From Felis catus (Eukaryota): a DNA stretch of 64,000 nt. The stretch covers positions 121,026,001 to 121,090,000 of the forward strand of contig NC_058368.1 in NCBI RefSeq assembly GCF_018350175.1, in the 5' to 3' direction. Within the stretch, counting starts at the first letter, position 1. Each line of letters opens with the position of its first letter. The notes under the pieces were generated by a model, which saw only the letters and a list, made by a program, of their open reading frames with translations, was not told where the DNA came from and did no database searches. Shown one piece after another: positions 23,390 through 35,218 of this stretch. Both the position numbers and the translations under genes were made by a program.

Positions 23390-26300
23390 AAAAAGTTTAC
23401 AATCAAATGGAGGAGACAGACACTGAACAAAGTTATTGCAAGGAGAAGTGCAACGTGCTATGCAAGAGTGCAATGGGAAACCTAGACCAGTATGTAGAGT
23501 GAGAGGAGAGAGAGTTTCTCATAAGTGACACTTGAGCTACGACATAAAAGAAAGATGAACTTAAGTAGAGGAAGGAGCCCAAAGACATTGGACTTATCAA
23601 AAATCAGTGGTAGTACAATTAAAACTCCTGAGCATTATGTAAGAAACAAAATAAGAAGACTAAGAAAAGTAGGACAAAGAAGGAACCCATCTAGGAAACT
23701 CGAGACCCAAAGAACAACACTGCAATGAGTTTCCTGGATTTTCTTTTTGCCTCACATATGGAAGACTGAGTTCTGGAGAAGCCAGCAACCTAGAAATGCC
23801 ATCAGGCACAGAGACAAAACAATAACAACAACAATATCCTTCTGTCTCTAACCAGGAAAGGGGCCACCTAGCAAGATAGAAAACATTCAGAAGATAATCA
23901 CTGTATGCCATGCTACAGCAAATACTATGGCTGCTACCCCAACACATGCCAGCAAAGGTCAAATGAGTAGCCTAGACTTCTACTCTTACTGGCTTTAACA
24001 GGGGTTCCGAATTCCTCTGCTATGATGGTGTCAGAGAAGACTAAGTAGAGAGCTGGGACTTTCATCCCCATCAAGTGGTAACAAATACTCCCTCATTCCC
24101 TCAGTAGAAACTACTTGAGGGGTCTGGACTTCTACCTCCACCTGGCAGGAAGAAGTTACTTCCCTCCTTCTCTACGAAAGCGGTATCGGGGAGACCTAGT
24201 GGACAGTTTGGATATTCATCAATACCATGGTATTACTGGACACCAGATGGGGAGTGGTGATGAGGTACTCCTACCCCTCTTAGCCAGGGAGATACCAGTG
24301 GGGACTAGTGGAGAGTGAGAATCCCTAAACCCACCAAACTGTAACAGGGAAGGTCTCTCCATCCTTAGATGTCAATGTAGAATTTTTACCCTTATGTGGC
24401 AATTAATAAGGCAGTACCCACCCTTTCCCCTACTGGACTAGCATCACAATAAGCCAGTTAAAAGACACTGTCTAAACAAGATCCAGCATCTCATAATACC
24501 CCAAATGCTCAGACTTCGATAAAAAAAATACTTCATCATATCACAAACCAGAAAGATCTCAAAACAAAAGCAAAAGATAATCAAGATACCAACACCAAGA
24601 TGAAAGAGACATTAAAATGACCTGGCAAATGTTTTTAAGCAATCATAAAAGTGTTTCATTGAACAACTACAAACATGTTTGACACAAATAACAAAATAGT
24701 CTAAGAAAGTAAGACTAGACAGAAGACCAGTTAGAAATTTCAGAACTGTGAAACATAATAATCAAAGTAAAAAACTCCAAGAATGAGCTCAAAAGGATAA
24801 TGGAGGGGATCAAAAAAAAAAATGTAAACTGAAAGAGTAACAGAAATTACTCAATGTGAACAACAGAGAAAAAATAGAATAAAGAAATAAAAATAAACAG
24901 ATTCAGGGACTTATGTGACAATAACAAAACATCTAACATTCATGTCATTACAGTTTCAGAGGAGAGGAGAAAGAGGCTGGGAAGTACTAAAAAGAGTACT
25001 GAAATGACTGAAAACTTTCCAAATTTGGCAAAAGACATAAATTGACAGGTTGAAGAAGCTGAGCAAACACCAAACAGGTTAAACCCAAAGAAATCCACAT
25101 CAAAACACAACATAGCCAAACTTTAGAAAATTAAACACAAAAAGAAAAAAAAATCAGTCAGAGGGAAATGACACCACACTTATTGGGGAAAAAAATAGTG
25201 GATTTCTCCCATCAGAAGCCATGGAGGCCACAGGAAGCGGCACATTTTTCAAGTGCTAGAAGAAAAGAACATCAACCCTGAATCCTATCTATCCTATGAA
25301 AATATCCTTAAGGAATTACGGGGAAATCAAGACACTTTCAGCTAATTAAAACCTAAAAAACTTAGTTTCCAGAAATTCTATCCTTAAAAAGAAAATGGCT
25401 ACAATACGTTCTCTAAACAGAAAAACAATGATAAAAGAAGAAATTTCAGAATATTGGGAAGGAAAAAAGAACACAATAAACAAAATATGGGCACATACAG
25501 TAAACTATTCTTCTCTTATTGGATCTTTTAAACTATGTTTGATGGTTAAGCAAAAAATTAAAACACTGATATGGTTCCAGCTAAATGTAGAAGAAATATT
25601 TAAGGCAATTAATTATAAACATGAAGAGGCAGGAATATAAAGGGAGGTAAGGTTTCAACACTTCATTCAACTGGTAAAATGATGACACCAAGAGGCTGTG
25701 GTAAGATGTATATATGCATGTATGATACCTAGAACCACTAAAAAAAGGTATACAAAGAGATTTGCTGAAAAGTACTATATATGAACAAACCATACAAGAA
25801 TTCTAAAATGTGTTCAAAAAACCCAAAGGAAGAAAAAAAACAGAGATCTAAAAATAAAATGGAAGATGTAAGCCCTAACATATTAATAATTACATTAAAT
25901 TTAAATAGTCTAAATCATTAATTAAAAGTCAGAGATCAACAGAATGCTTTAAAAAACATGACCAAACTGTATGCAAGAAAACTCACTTCAAATGTAACCA
26001 TACAGGCAGATTAAAAGAAAAATTTTAAAAGATACATCATACAAATATTAATAAAAAGAAATAGGAATTCCTATTAAAGGAACTCCAGCTAATGGAGACT
26101 TCAGGGCAATGAAAATTACCAGGGACAGAGAGAGATATTATATAATGATAAAAGGGTTAAACCAAAAAGAAGATATCTCAAACCTAAATGTGCATGTACT
26201 TAACAGAAGAGCTGAAAAGTATACGAAGAAACAATCAAAAGAAATAAAAGAAGAAATAGACAAATCTACAATTGTAGTTGGAGATCTCAACATCCTTCTC

Positions 26301-26659
26301 TCAACAATTTATAACACAAGACAGAACATCAGATAGTACACAGAAGAATTTGACACCACCATCAATCAATAGGATCCAATCAACATTTATAAAATGCTAC
26401 ACCCAAGAGTAGAAGATCCACTCTTTTTCAAGTGCCCATGAAACATATACCAAGATAGAACACATATCCTGGGCCAGAAAACAAACCTCACCATGAAATT
26501 ATACAGGTGTGTTCTCCAACCAGAGTGAAATCAAACTGAAATCAATCAATAGCAGAAAGACAGCTGGAAAATCTCCAAACAACTGGAAAGTAAACAACAA
26601 GCTTCTGAATAATCCATGGATCAAAGAGAAAGTTTCAAGGGATATTTTGAAAATACACT

Positions 26660-26823
26660 GGGCACCTAGGTGGCTCAGTTGGTTGAGCGTCTGACTCTTG
26701 ATTTCAGGTCAGGTCATGATCCCAGGGTCATGGGATAGAGCTCTGTGTCAGGCTCCGTGCTGAGCATGGAACCTGCTTGGGATTCTCTCTCTCTCCCCCC
26801 CTCTGCCACTCTCCCCTGCTCAT

Positions 26824-26861
<38 letters not shown>

Positions 26862-26915
26862 TCTCTGTATATATACACATACACATAATAAAATTAATTT
26901 TAAAAATAAATTTTA
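26660..26915 (+). mobile_element. SINEC_c-like
   Basis: gggcacctaggtggctcagttggttgagcgtctgactcttgatttcagg...ctgcttgggattctctc. Confidence 0.92.
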
Positions 26916-27422
26916 AAATATTACATGGAATAAAATCCAATTTTGTGAGACACAGTTAAAGCGGTGCTAGGAGGGAAATTTATAGCACTAAATATATACA
27001 TTAGAAAAATGAAAAAGTCTCAAAACATAATCTAAGCTCCCATTTGAAGACCTAGAAAAAGAAGAGAAAAAAAAACCCAAGCAACTGAAAACAAAAATAA
27101 TAAAAAGCAGAAATCCACAAAACACACCAGAAAAGCAATAGAGCAAATCAATGAAATGAAGAGCTAATTCTCTTAAAATATGAATAAAACTAACACCTAC
27201 CAACCGACAAAGAAAAAAGAAAAGACACAAATTACCAATATCAGGAATAAAACAGCATGTCATTAAAGACCAAGGAGACCATCAAAAGGTTAATATGAAA
27301 ATACTATGAACAACCCTACACATGTAAATTTGACAATTTGGATAAAATGGACCAATTCCTCAAAAATACAAACTACCACCCTCACCCAAAATGAAATAGA
27401 GCATTTGATGCTCTCCAACTAT

Positions 27423-27630
27423 TTAAAAATTTTTTAATGTTTATTTATTTTTGAGAGACAGAGAAAGAGACGGGGAGGGGCAGAGAGAGAGGGAGACACA
27501 GAATCCAAAGCAGGCTCCAGGCTCTGAGCTGTCAGCACAGAGCCTGATGCAGGGCTCAAACCCACAAAGTGTGAGATCATTACCTGACCTGAAGTCGGAC
27601 ACTTAATCGACTGAGCCACCCAAGAGCCCC
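27423..27630 (-). mobile_element. SINEC_Fc2-like
   Basis: Reverse SINEC; TSD tgatgc(t/a)ctc(c/a)aactat at 27406-27422 and 27631-27647. Confidence 0.95.
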
Positions 27631-27664
27631 TGATGCACTCAAACTATGAAAGAAATACTACACC

Positions 27665-28005
27665 TGTAAATCAAGTAAGTCAGTCAGAATAAGACAAATA
27701 TCCTATGATTTCACTCATATGTGGAATTTAAGAAACAATACAGATGAACATAGGGCAAGGAAAGAAAAATAAGATAAAAACAGAGAGGGAGGCAAACCAT
27801 AAGAGACTCTTAAATACAGAGAACAAACTGAGGGTTGGTGTAGGGAGCTAGGTGGGGAGATGGGCCAGATGGGTGAAGGACATTAAGGAGGGCACTTGTT
27901 GGGACAAGTACTGGGTGTCAGACATAAGAGATGAATCACTAAGATCTACTCCTGAAACCAAGACTACACTGTATGTTAACTAACTTAAATTTAAATAACA
28001 ACTTA
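27665..28005 (+). mobile_element. Carnivore L1 3' end
   Basis: agacaaatatcctatgatttcactcatatgtggaatttaagaaac...gcaaaccataagagactcttaaatacagagaacaaactgaggg...tatgttaactaactt. Confidence 0.9.
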
Positions 28006-28109
28006 AAAAATCTCCTTCAAACAGAAATCTTAAGGCCTAGATGGTTTCACTGGAGAATTCTACCAAACATTTAAGGAACACCAACTTAACACAATCTCTT
28101 CCAGAGACT

Positions 28110-28300
28110 GCTGAGCATTTACCACATACCAGGCATGGTTCCAACAGTTTTTACATGTCTTGAGCTCACTTAACCCTTTCAACAACCCTAAAAAAAAATC
28201 CCCATTATTACTCCTTCCCATATGAACAGAACAAAGCTTTGAGAATTTACGGACGTGTCTAGGACATAATAGAACCAGGACTCAAATTTAAGTTTCTAGG
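28110..28300 (-). mobile_element. MIR
   Basis: ctgagcatttaccacataccaggcatggtt...ctcacttaaccctttcaacaaccct. Confidence 0.7.
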
Positions 28301-31129
28301 ATATAATTGAGCATTGAATCAATGCTCAAATTTCTGGTATTTTCAACTTAAGCTATTACCCAAAATATAGTCATATTTCACTTTTGTGAAGGGAAATTCA
28401 GATCTGACCAGGACATGTTCTTTCAACAAAGAAGTTGAGGTACGACCATCGTCGATATTCTCAATAGAAATATATATGTATTTTGTAAATAAAGTAAAGG
28501 TTATTCCTGCTGGCAACTGCCATGCAATTTCCATCTAGATGACAGTTAAAACGTATGTGAGAGAATACAACCCGAAAAGACATTTATTATTGGAAATGGT
28601 AAAAGCTTCACTATAGGAGAACCAGCCGCACCACTATAATTACAAGAATCAAGAATCAAAACACTGCTTCATTAATTTTTTCCTTGTGTTTGTTATCTGA
28701 CCCCATCAAGACTAATTATACCCCTTCTCAAGGATTTTAACGAACACCCTGACTTAAGTAAACACTAGACAGACCGGTTAGAAAAGCAGCGTTTATATAG
28801 GTGTATCTGAACTGCCTCCATTTAGGGAAAAACGGTATGTCAAAAACATTATACTGACAAACAACATTTGCCTGACTACTGTTTTCTCTTAACAACAGAG
28901 GAAACATGACCACCTCCCAACAAATGAGAGAAAAAGATTTTAAACTTTAATACCTAAAAAGTACCCTTCATACTTATGTACCTCCCCAACAACTAAGAGC
29001 TGTATGTTAACTCGGCCCTCTAAATAATCCATGATGCCCCTGATGGCAAGGCTGGCTCAAGTTTACAGGAGATTTACCCCATCTTGTATCACAAGATATT
29101 GGCAGGCAAGGGCCATGCTGCTGGGATTCCAGGCCGACTCTAAGGGACATGGGAATTCTGGGAGTCCCAGGGATTGGAGCAGCCTGCATCAGGGCTCCGC
29201 CAACGTTTCCAGAGAGGAATGTGACTCTCACTAGCAAAAGACAGCCCTGGAACACTGGGGGTGTATTAATTGCAGGCGTTTGTAGCAGGCTGAAGCACGT
29301 GTAATTGCCACTCTTCGGTATTTCCATTAGATTCAACCTAATATAACACCTGCTATGTAGTAGGCAGCATACTAAGCAGTGCTCCAAGCAAAAGGACGTT
29401 AAGTCTTCTTTTCTACTTAAGGATCCATTCTAATTTTACATTCCACAAAGTTATATGGTTCTATGTTTGTTTTAATATAAAAACAATGTTTCCCACAAAT
29501 CTTTGAGCAAAAGGAAGGCTCTAAGAGGAGCATTCTGTCCATCTGCCTTGTGGCTTCATACATCCCTCGTAGAGATGGTTAATATTCCCAAGGGTACAAA
29601 TACCCTGTTTAGAAAATTGCAGGTGACAATCCCCAGGAAGAAGTTTCAGAGGCAGATGGGGGGGGGGGGGAATAAATGCCTGGCTGACACTCTGCTTTCC
29701 CCAATTCTCTGTAAAATCCTTGCCCTATTAAGGCCCAAAAACATCATTAGCACTTATTTTTTCCAGGAAGAAATGGTTCTCATAGCACTTGACAGAACAA
29801 TTAACACCTAAGGAAATAGTTATAACGCTAGCTTCTGACTTCACACATAGAAAGAGATGACTCTCCATACTGGAAAAGTTCCAACTGGAAGCTGATGCAT
29901 TGTTTAATCTGATTTAAAACTGTATTTAAAAACTGTAGCCATCTAGTGCCTCAGATGGGACTCAAGTTTTCCAAAGTCTTTAGATCCAATCACCAAGATA
30001 CCAGGAGAAAGTTGCATGAAAAATTTTTTTTCTGTATCTATGAATATGTACTGGGGGTGGGGGGAAGCAACACATGAATTGAGGCTCTAAACTTCCATGC
30101 TATATTCTCTAATTCTCCAAAATGTCATTTGTGAAAGAAAATATCAGACAACCGAGTTTTCCTCACACTCACCCTGATCTACTCAGTGGCAGCTATAACC
30201 CTGATAGGCTTTTCCCCTTTTTCTCTCCCTCTCCTTGCCCTATATCCTGTTTCCAGGGACAATGACTAGACGCTAGGGTATTTCATCCATTTAATTCTTT
30301 CTGGGCGCTTTCTTGGTCCCCTCCTATCCTGGGGACCAGGGAAAATTTTGTTTCACTTTGCTTTTGATGAGATTAATGACTACATCTTTAAACAAATACA
30401 AATAACAGGGGAGCTTCAGCCCAGAAAGTAATTCCCCCTACACCTCTAAAACAAAATTGGCAGCGAGGGAATTTCAATTGTTGGCACAAGTGATGGACTT
30501 GTGAATTTAGGGGACCATCTAAACTCAAAATAAGAAAACAAAAGCATACAACTGAACGGTTAGCATTTTCTCCTTCGTCATTGGATCTAAAAGTTCATCC
30601 TGGCACCAACACAAAGAAGTAATGATTCCATCAGCAGCCTAACAGATGGCAGGCATGAAACGGCTCTAACCTTCTCCGAGAATGCTGGAGAATAGCTCCA
30701 CGGAGTTTAATTTAACAGGATGGTGGCTGCTATTTTGTCTCTGCCGCCTCCTGCACAGCACGCCTGTCCACAGCTTGGAGAGCTACATCTTAAGGTCCGG
30801 AAGTGCAGTAACTCAGGTTAACCCTTTGAAGACAAGCAAGGGTCTGGAGTTATTATGGGATCCTTTCTCCGCATTGGATTCTATTCCAACAAGTGCAATT
30901 CAAACTTTTGGTCACAACAAAGCAAACTACACATGGCAGAGTATTTTTAGGTTCACTTTTCCCCTACTAGCATTTAAGAGACATTGGGGCTCTTTTTTCT
31001 TGGACAGTAAAGTAGTTTTCTGAAGTCCTAGAGGCAAATCACTAGAAGCGAGAGGTCTCATATTACCATCCCTCCTCCTGCTAGCTTCTTAAGGACTCCC
31101 ACTCAGGGAAAAACAGACATTAGTTCTGA

Positions 31130-31283
31130 CAATGGTAGGAATTTCCATCCATGGCTTCAGGATCAGCTGGGGAGCTTTACACAATCCTGATGCCAGGGCT
31201 ACATTCTTGAAACTCTGGGGCTGAGACCCAAGCATCAGTATGTCTTAAAGCTACCCAGAGGGTTCTGACTGGCAGTCAAGGTG
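31130..31283. mobile_element. MER5-family hAT element
   Basis: gatcagctggggagcttt...ctgatgccaggg...gcatcagtatgtcttaaagct. Confidence 0.6.
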
Positions 31284-31853
31284 TGTAAGAAATACTGCAT
31301 GTAAAAATTTAACTATCACATTTTAAATTTCTATAAATTGTTCCACTCGGTTAATATAATTTCTATTCCAAGCCCCCATCACACTGAGTTTGTCATTCTT
31401 AGGATTCCACCTCTCTACCTGCCTCAGTCTGTCCAATGATTACGTGAAGGTTTTGGGGTTTGCAGGCCCCACCCAGATATCAGGAAAACACTATGCTGAT
31501 CCTGCAGCCCTGAATTCAGGAATGTGCTTGGGTCAGGCTGTAATAGTCAGAACAGTCTGAAGGTAAAAGATATTTATGCCTGAATATCCTCTATCCAGCA
31601 ATCATTATGAAATGTGAAGTTTCTATGTGGCTCAGATGAGGAGACGGGCTCATGCAGGGCAGCTCCGCCCTTCTCTTTATAAGGCTGCTCGTACAGAAAA
31701 CTGGTTATCTTCCAAAAAATATCTTCATTTCTTATGATGTGCCCCTCACTAATTCACACAGGATCATCCACAACCGTGCAATATGCTGGTGAGGCTTCAG
31801 GGCCACCAAGCTAAACATTTATGTGCTGATCTCCGCACTGCGTGCCCTGGGCT

Positions 31854-31856
<3 letters not shown>

Positions 31857-31900
<44 letters not shown>
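31857..31900. repeat. (TG)22 microsatellite
   Basis: Uninterrupted TG run. Confidence 0.97.
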
Positions 31901-31901
<1 letters not shown>

Positions 31902-32309
31902 ATCCTTTAAATAAGCAATCATTGTTTGATTTACTCAGCAGGTACGTGTGTCCAGTCTTACCATCATTACCCACTGCCGCCATATGTCTGTATAATGAAG
32001 ATGCAAGCCTCCTAGAAACCCCTGGATTGAGTCAGAACAAGATAAATCCTGCTTTTTTCTTGAACATAATAATAGGTGTTCAATAAATGCTGGTTGAACT
32101 AAGGACTCTACTCCTTAAGGCACCCAGGCTCTAATAAAAGAAAGACATCAATAGGGCTTGGACAAAGCATTTTAGAAACAAGGCACAGAAAGCCACTCAA
32201 ATACACCCAGGTAAAAAGCAGACAAGTGAAAGGATCTCATGGAAACAAAGTACAGAAAAGAGAGCTGAGCCTCGCAAGTTGACAAGGAGCTGATGTGAAC
32301 CCTCCCTCT

Positions 32310-32620
32310 GGGGGATCACGTGACCTCATGTTGCTGTTTGTGCTTCAGTTCTCCTCTGTCAACCCCGGACCTTGGCTCCATTAGCCCAAAGCCCGCTGAG
32401 ATCACCCAATAAAAGTGGCCTCTGTTTATTGCTGGGAGAAAGTTTAATGGCTCACCTTGGGGGAAGCGGGGAGCTGACATCATACGATTGGTATAACAGC
32501 CTCATCTGGGGCTGCTGCAAAGGACTAGGATCATCACTACCAATGATACACACGAGCTCTGCTGAGTCAAGTGACACCCCCCCAAGAAAGTAAAATTCAT
32601 GCATAAGTATGAGTCATAAC
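32310..32620. promoter_or_regulatory. Candidate enhancer or alternative promoter
   Basis: ATCACGTGAC (32315-32324), CCAAT motifs, TGCTGAGTCA (32560-32569), TGAGTCA (32610-32616); minus-strand donor caag|gtgagc at 32456. Confidence 0.4.
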
Positions 32621-32866
32621 AAACTTTATTTCAGAATGTCTACAGGACTGAATTTCAGAGCTATACTACTCATTTATAGCTCTAAATCACAATAACACTG
32701 AATCAAAAATACTTCATACCTCACAAAAAAGGGGCCTGAGAAATGTTCATTTGAATTTAACTTATGTTTCACATTATACAACTGTACATATAAAAACACT
32801 TACACAATTGAGGGAGACAATGACTTCTAGATCAAAAGAAAGCATGTGTGGCAACATCTCACTTAC

Positions 32867-33059
32867 CTTGAGGTCAAAGATTTGACAACTGAAGTTGAGA
32901 ATCAGGAAGTTACAGTAAAATAACATCACCAAGTCAAGGCAGCACGTCCTCAGAAAAAAATTCTCTCAAGAGCCTCGTTTAGGTTCTGTTTACTGTTACT
33001 GGACATAGAGTATGCAATGACATAATTTCCCAGCCCCATAAAGAAGGAGATGAGGGTTC
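32867..33059 (-). other. Candidate non-coding exon (193 nt)
   Basis: Acceptor cctttctctctgctgttactctcacctgcctctag|gaaccc; consensus donor caag|gtaagt; stop codons in all three frames. Confidence 0.5.
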
Positions 33060-33667
33060 CTAGAGGCAGGTGAGAGTAACAGCAGAGAGAAAGGTAACAG
33101 GTAACAGTGAGTGAAAACACACCCTGCAAAAACCACTGCAGATCTCAAAGAGCAGAGTCATTCACGGTAGGGGCTTTAACAAACCCAAATAGGACCTGAA
33201 AGAGTGAAAAACATAAGTGATGACCTTAATTTTTTTCATTATCTTTAGTAGATTGTTTGCAAAAGCAGGGAAATATATACTAAATTAAGTGTTACAGTGT
33301 AAATGATTAAAATACAAAAAAAGACGTGCAACTTAAAAGAATAACCTCGACGTGTCTATACCATGCACCCTACAATGTCTGACAAAAAGGATATTACTAC
33401 ATATACACTGCTTATAAAATACACAGAGCAATTTATATAAAAAGAATAGAGCACCTTTTTTTTACCCACATATGACTGAAACCGTAAAAGACCCTTCATG
33501 GTAAAAGCACCTTAATCACATAAGGATAGCTAAAGTCAGTTTCAACTCAGCATAAGAACTTTATGTTTTGTCCTGAATGGTCAACTGTATTGATCAGTGG
33601 GCCCAAATGATTGCAAAACCTTTTTGCATGATAGGAGACGTGGAGGGCAGAAACGCTGTCCCGAAAT

Positions 33668-33892
33668 CAGTGTTTCTCAAAATATGGTCTGTGGAACAGC
33701 GCAGCTGAATCTCCTGGTGAACTTGCTTTAAAACCTGCCTTTTAAATGATTCCTTTTCATGAATCATTTGGGATTCATGAAATCCCAAATGAGATTTCAT
33801 GAATCAGAATCTTTGGCGGAGGGCCTGGGAACCTGCATTTAGCACACCTCCCCCGAGGATTTCTGATTCAAGGACAAGTGTGGGAATCACTG
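33668..33892. mobile_element. MER5A/B with a palindromic internal rearrangement
   Basis: cagtgtttctcaaaatatggtc...gaatcagaatct...gggcctgggaacctgcattttagca...gaatcactgg. Confidence 0.82.
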
Positions 33893-34354
33893 GACAAAAT
33901 CATTGCCTCGAGATTTTCAGGCCCAGCCACACCAGGTCAGGAGGAGACTGGCCTGGTCTGTGAATTAACCCCTTCCCACATGTTCCTAATACGCCCAGTA
34001 AGGCAGTACTCCTGATTTTGACATCTCTAAATGTTTTCTCACAGGAAAAGGATTCTGACATATTATAAAAATAAACTCTAACAAGCTCTAATTAATGTTA
34101 AAAAGAGCATAATAATTCTAACACATATATGTGAAGCTTGAAGTAATGGATGCCTGCAGAAGGCTTTAAAAAAAAATATTGAGAGAGGATAAGTGTCTGA
34201 AGCAACTCCAGAGGATTTCTTGGGAATGGGAGGAAAATACATATCAAAGCAGTCTTGGAGAAGAGACAGAATGCAGCTTCCATCCAGAGTGGGGAAATGC
34301 AAATCAATTAAAAACTGACTGGGATGTTTAGGCTGGGCCTTGACACTCTTGAGG

Positions 34355-34666
34355 CAGAGGCCGGAAACTACTGGAAAACATGTTTGGTTTGGCCAGCACA
34401 ATGTTTTAAACAATTCTGAATTACTGCCAGCATGTAAAAATTGGGAGAATTCTTTTCTTTAAAAAAAGTCTGTCTTTTCCTATAAAACAGGAAATTAGAG
34501 TTAACTAGAAAAAACAGCCACATGGCAACAGTGTGTGAGAGCTGGGCAGCAGCTGTCCACCTTTAAACAGACATGTGTTCCCAGGGTCTCCCAAGGCGCC
34601 ACCAGCCTGCCTGACTCATCAGATCACCTGCCAGGTCCCCAAAGCCATTTGCACTGGCCACCCTGG
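34355..34666. mobile_element. MER102 (hAT-Charlie)
   Basis: tgtttggtttggccagcacaatgtttt...tgccagcatgtaaaaattgggaga...catggcaaca...gagctgggcagcagctg...ccacccctgg. Confidence 0.75.
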
Positions 34667-34715
34667 TTTTAAGGAATTAGCAAAAATTCGTCCTCTTTCT
34701 GCTTCATTCTTTCAA

Positions 34716-34921
34716 TTTCTTTTTTTTTTAAGTTTATTTATTTATTTTGAGAGAGTGCAGGGAGGGGCAGAGAGAGAGAGAGAGAGAGAGAAAGAGATTG
34801 AATCCCAAGCAGGCTCCGCACTGTTAGTGTGGAGCCCGATGGGGGGCTCAAACTCATGAACCATCACCTGAGGTGAAACCAAAAGTCAGACACTTAATTG
34901 ACTGAGCTACCCAGGCACCCC
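34716..34921 (-). mobile_element. SINEC (c/Fc3-like)
   Basis: Reverse SINEC ending ctgagctacccaggcacccc. Confidence 0.92.
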
Positions 34922-35024
34922 ACTCTTTGTATTTCTAACAAAAATTCTTGCTACAAATATCCTTTCCTACCTCAGAGGTGTTAAGAAAGAAATCAGATAA
35001 TGTCGGAAAATCACCAAGAATTCA

Positions 35025-35218
35025 GTCTAGTGTTCGCATCCCTAGTTACCAATGGGAACCACCTAGGGAGCTTTAAAAAGTATGGATGGATGCCTGGGTT
35101 CCACCCAGAATCTCCAAGATTCTGATGTATTTATTGCTCTAGGATGTACCCTCATCAGCAAAAGTGCATAACATTCCCTAGGTGATTCTAATGAACACCA
35201 AAAGCTGAGAACTCCTGC
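35025..35218. mobile_element. MER5A/B
   Basis: accacctagggagctttaaaaa...gatgcctgggttccaccc...gattctgat...ggtgattctaatg...gctgagaactcctg. Confidence 0.78.

Larger units (their letters stand above)
22890..23575 (-). mobile_element. L2 fragment interrupted by two SINEs
   Basis: cctgccctcaagaagtttaca...ggagacagaca...gtgacacttgagct. Confidence 0.6.
23600..28108 (+). mobile_element. Old L1 (L1MD-like) 5' half: 5'UTR, ORF1, ORF2 endonuclease; 3'-truncated
   Basis: 5'UTR about 23600-24500; ORF1 remnant about 24600-25400; ORF2 EN remnant (track ORF 26109: RDRERYYIMIKG...EIDKSTIVVGDLN); ends after gatggtttcactggagaattctaccaaacatttaagg. Confidence 0.82.

Noticed and set aside
28343..28534. CpG-containing 63-aa ORF in unique sequence
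   Set aside because: No flanking splice sites and no recognisable homology.
30210..30260. Strong plus-strand acceptor-like tract and nearby minus-strand donor agg|gtgagt (30173)
   Set aside because: No convincing partner sites, and the + orientation conflicts with the inferred transcription.
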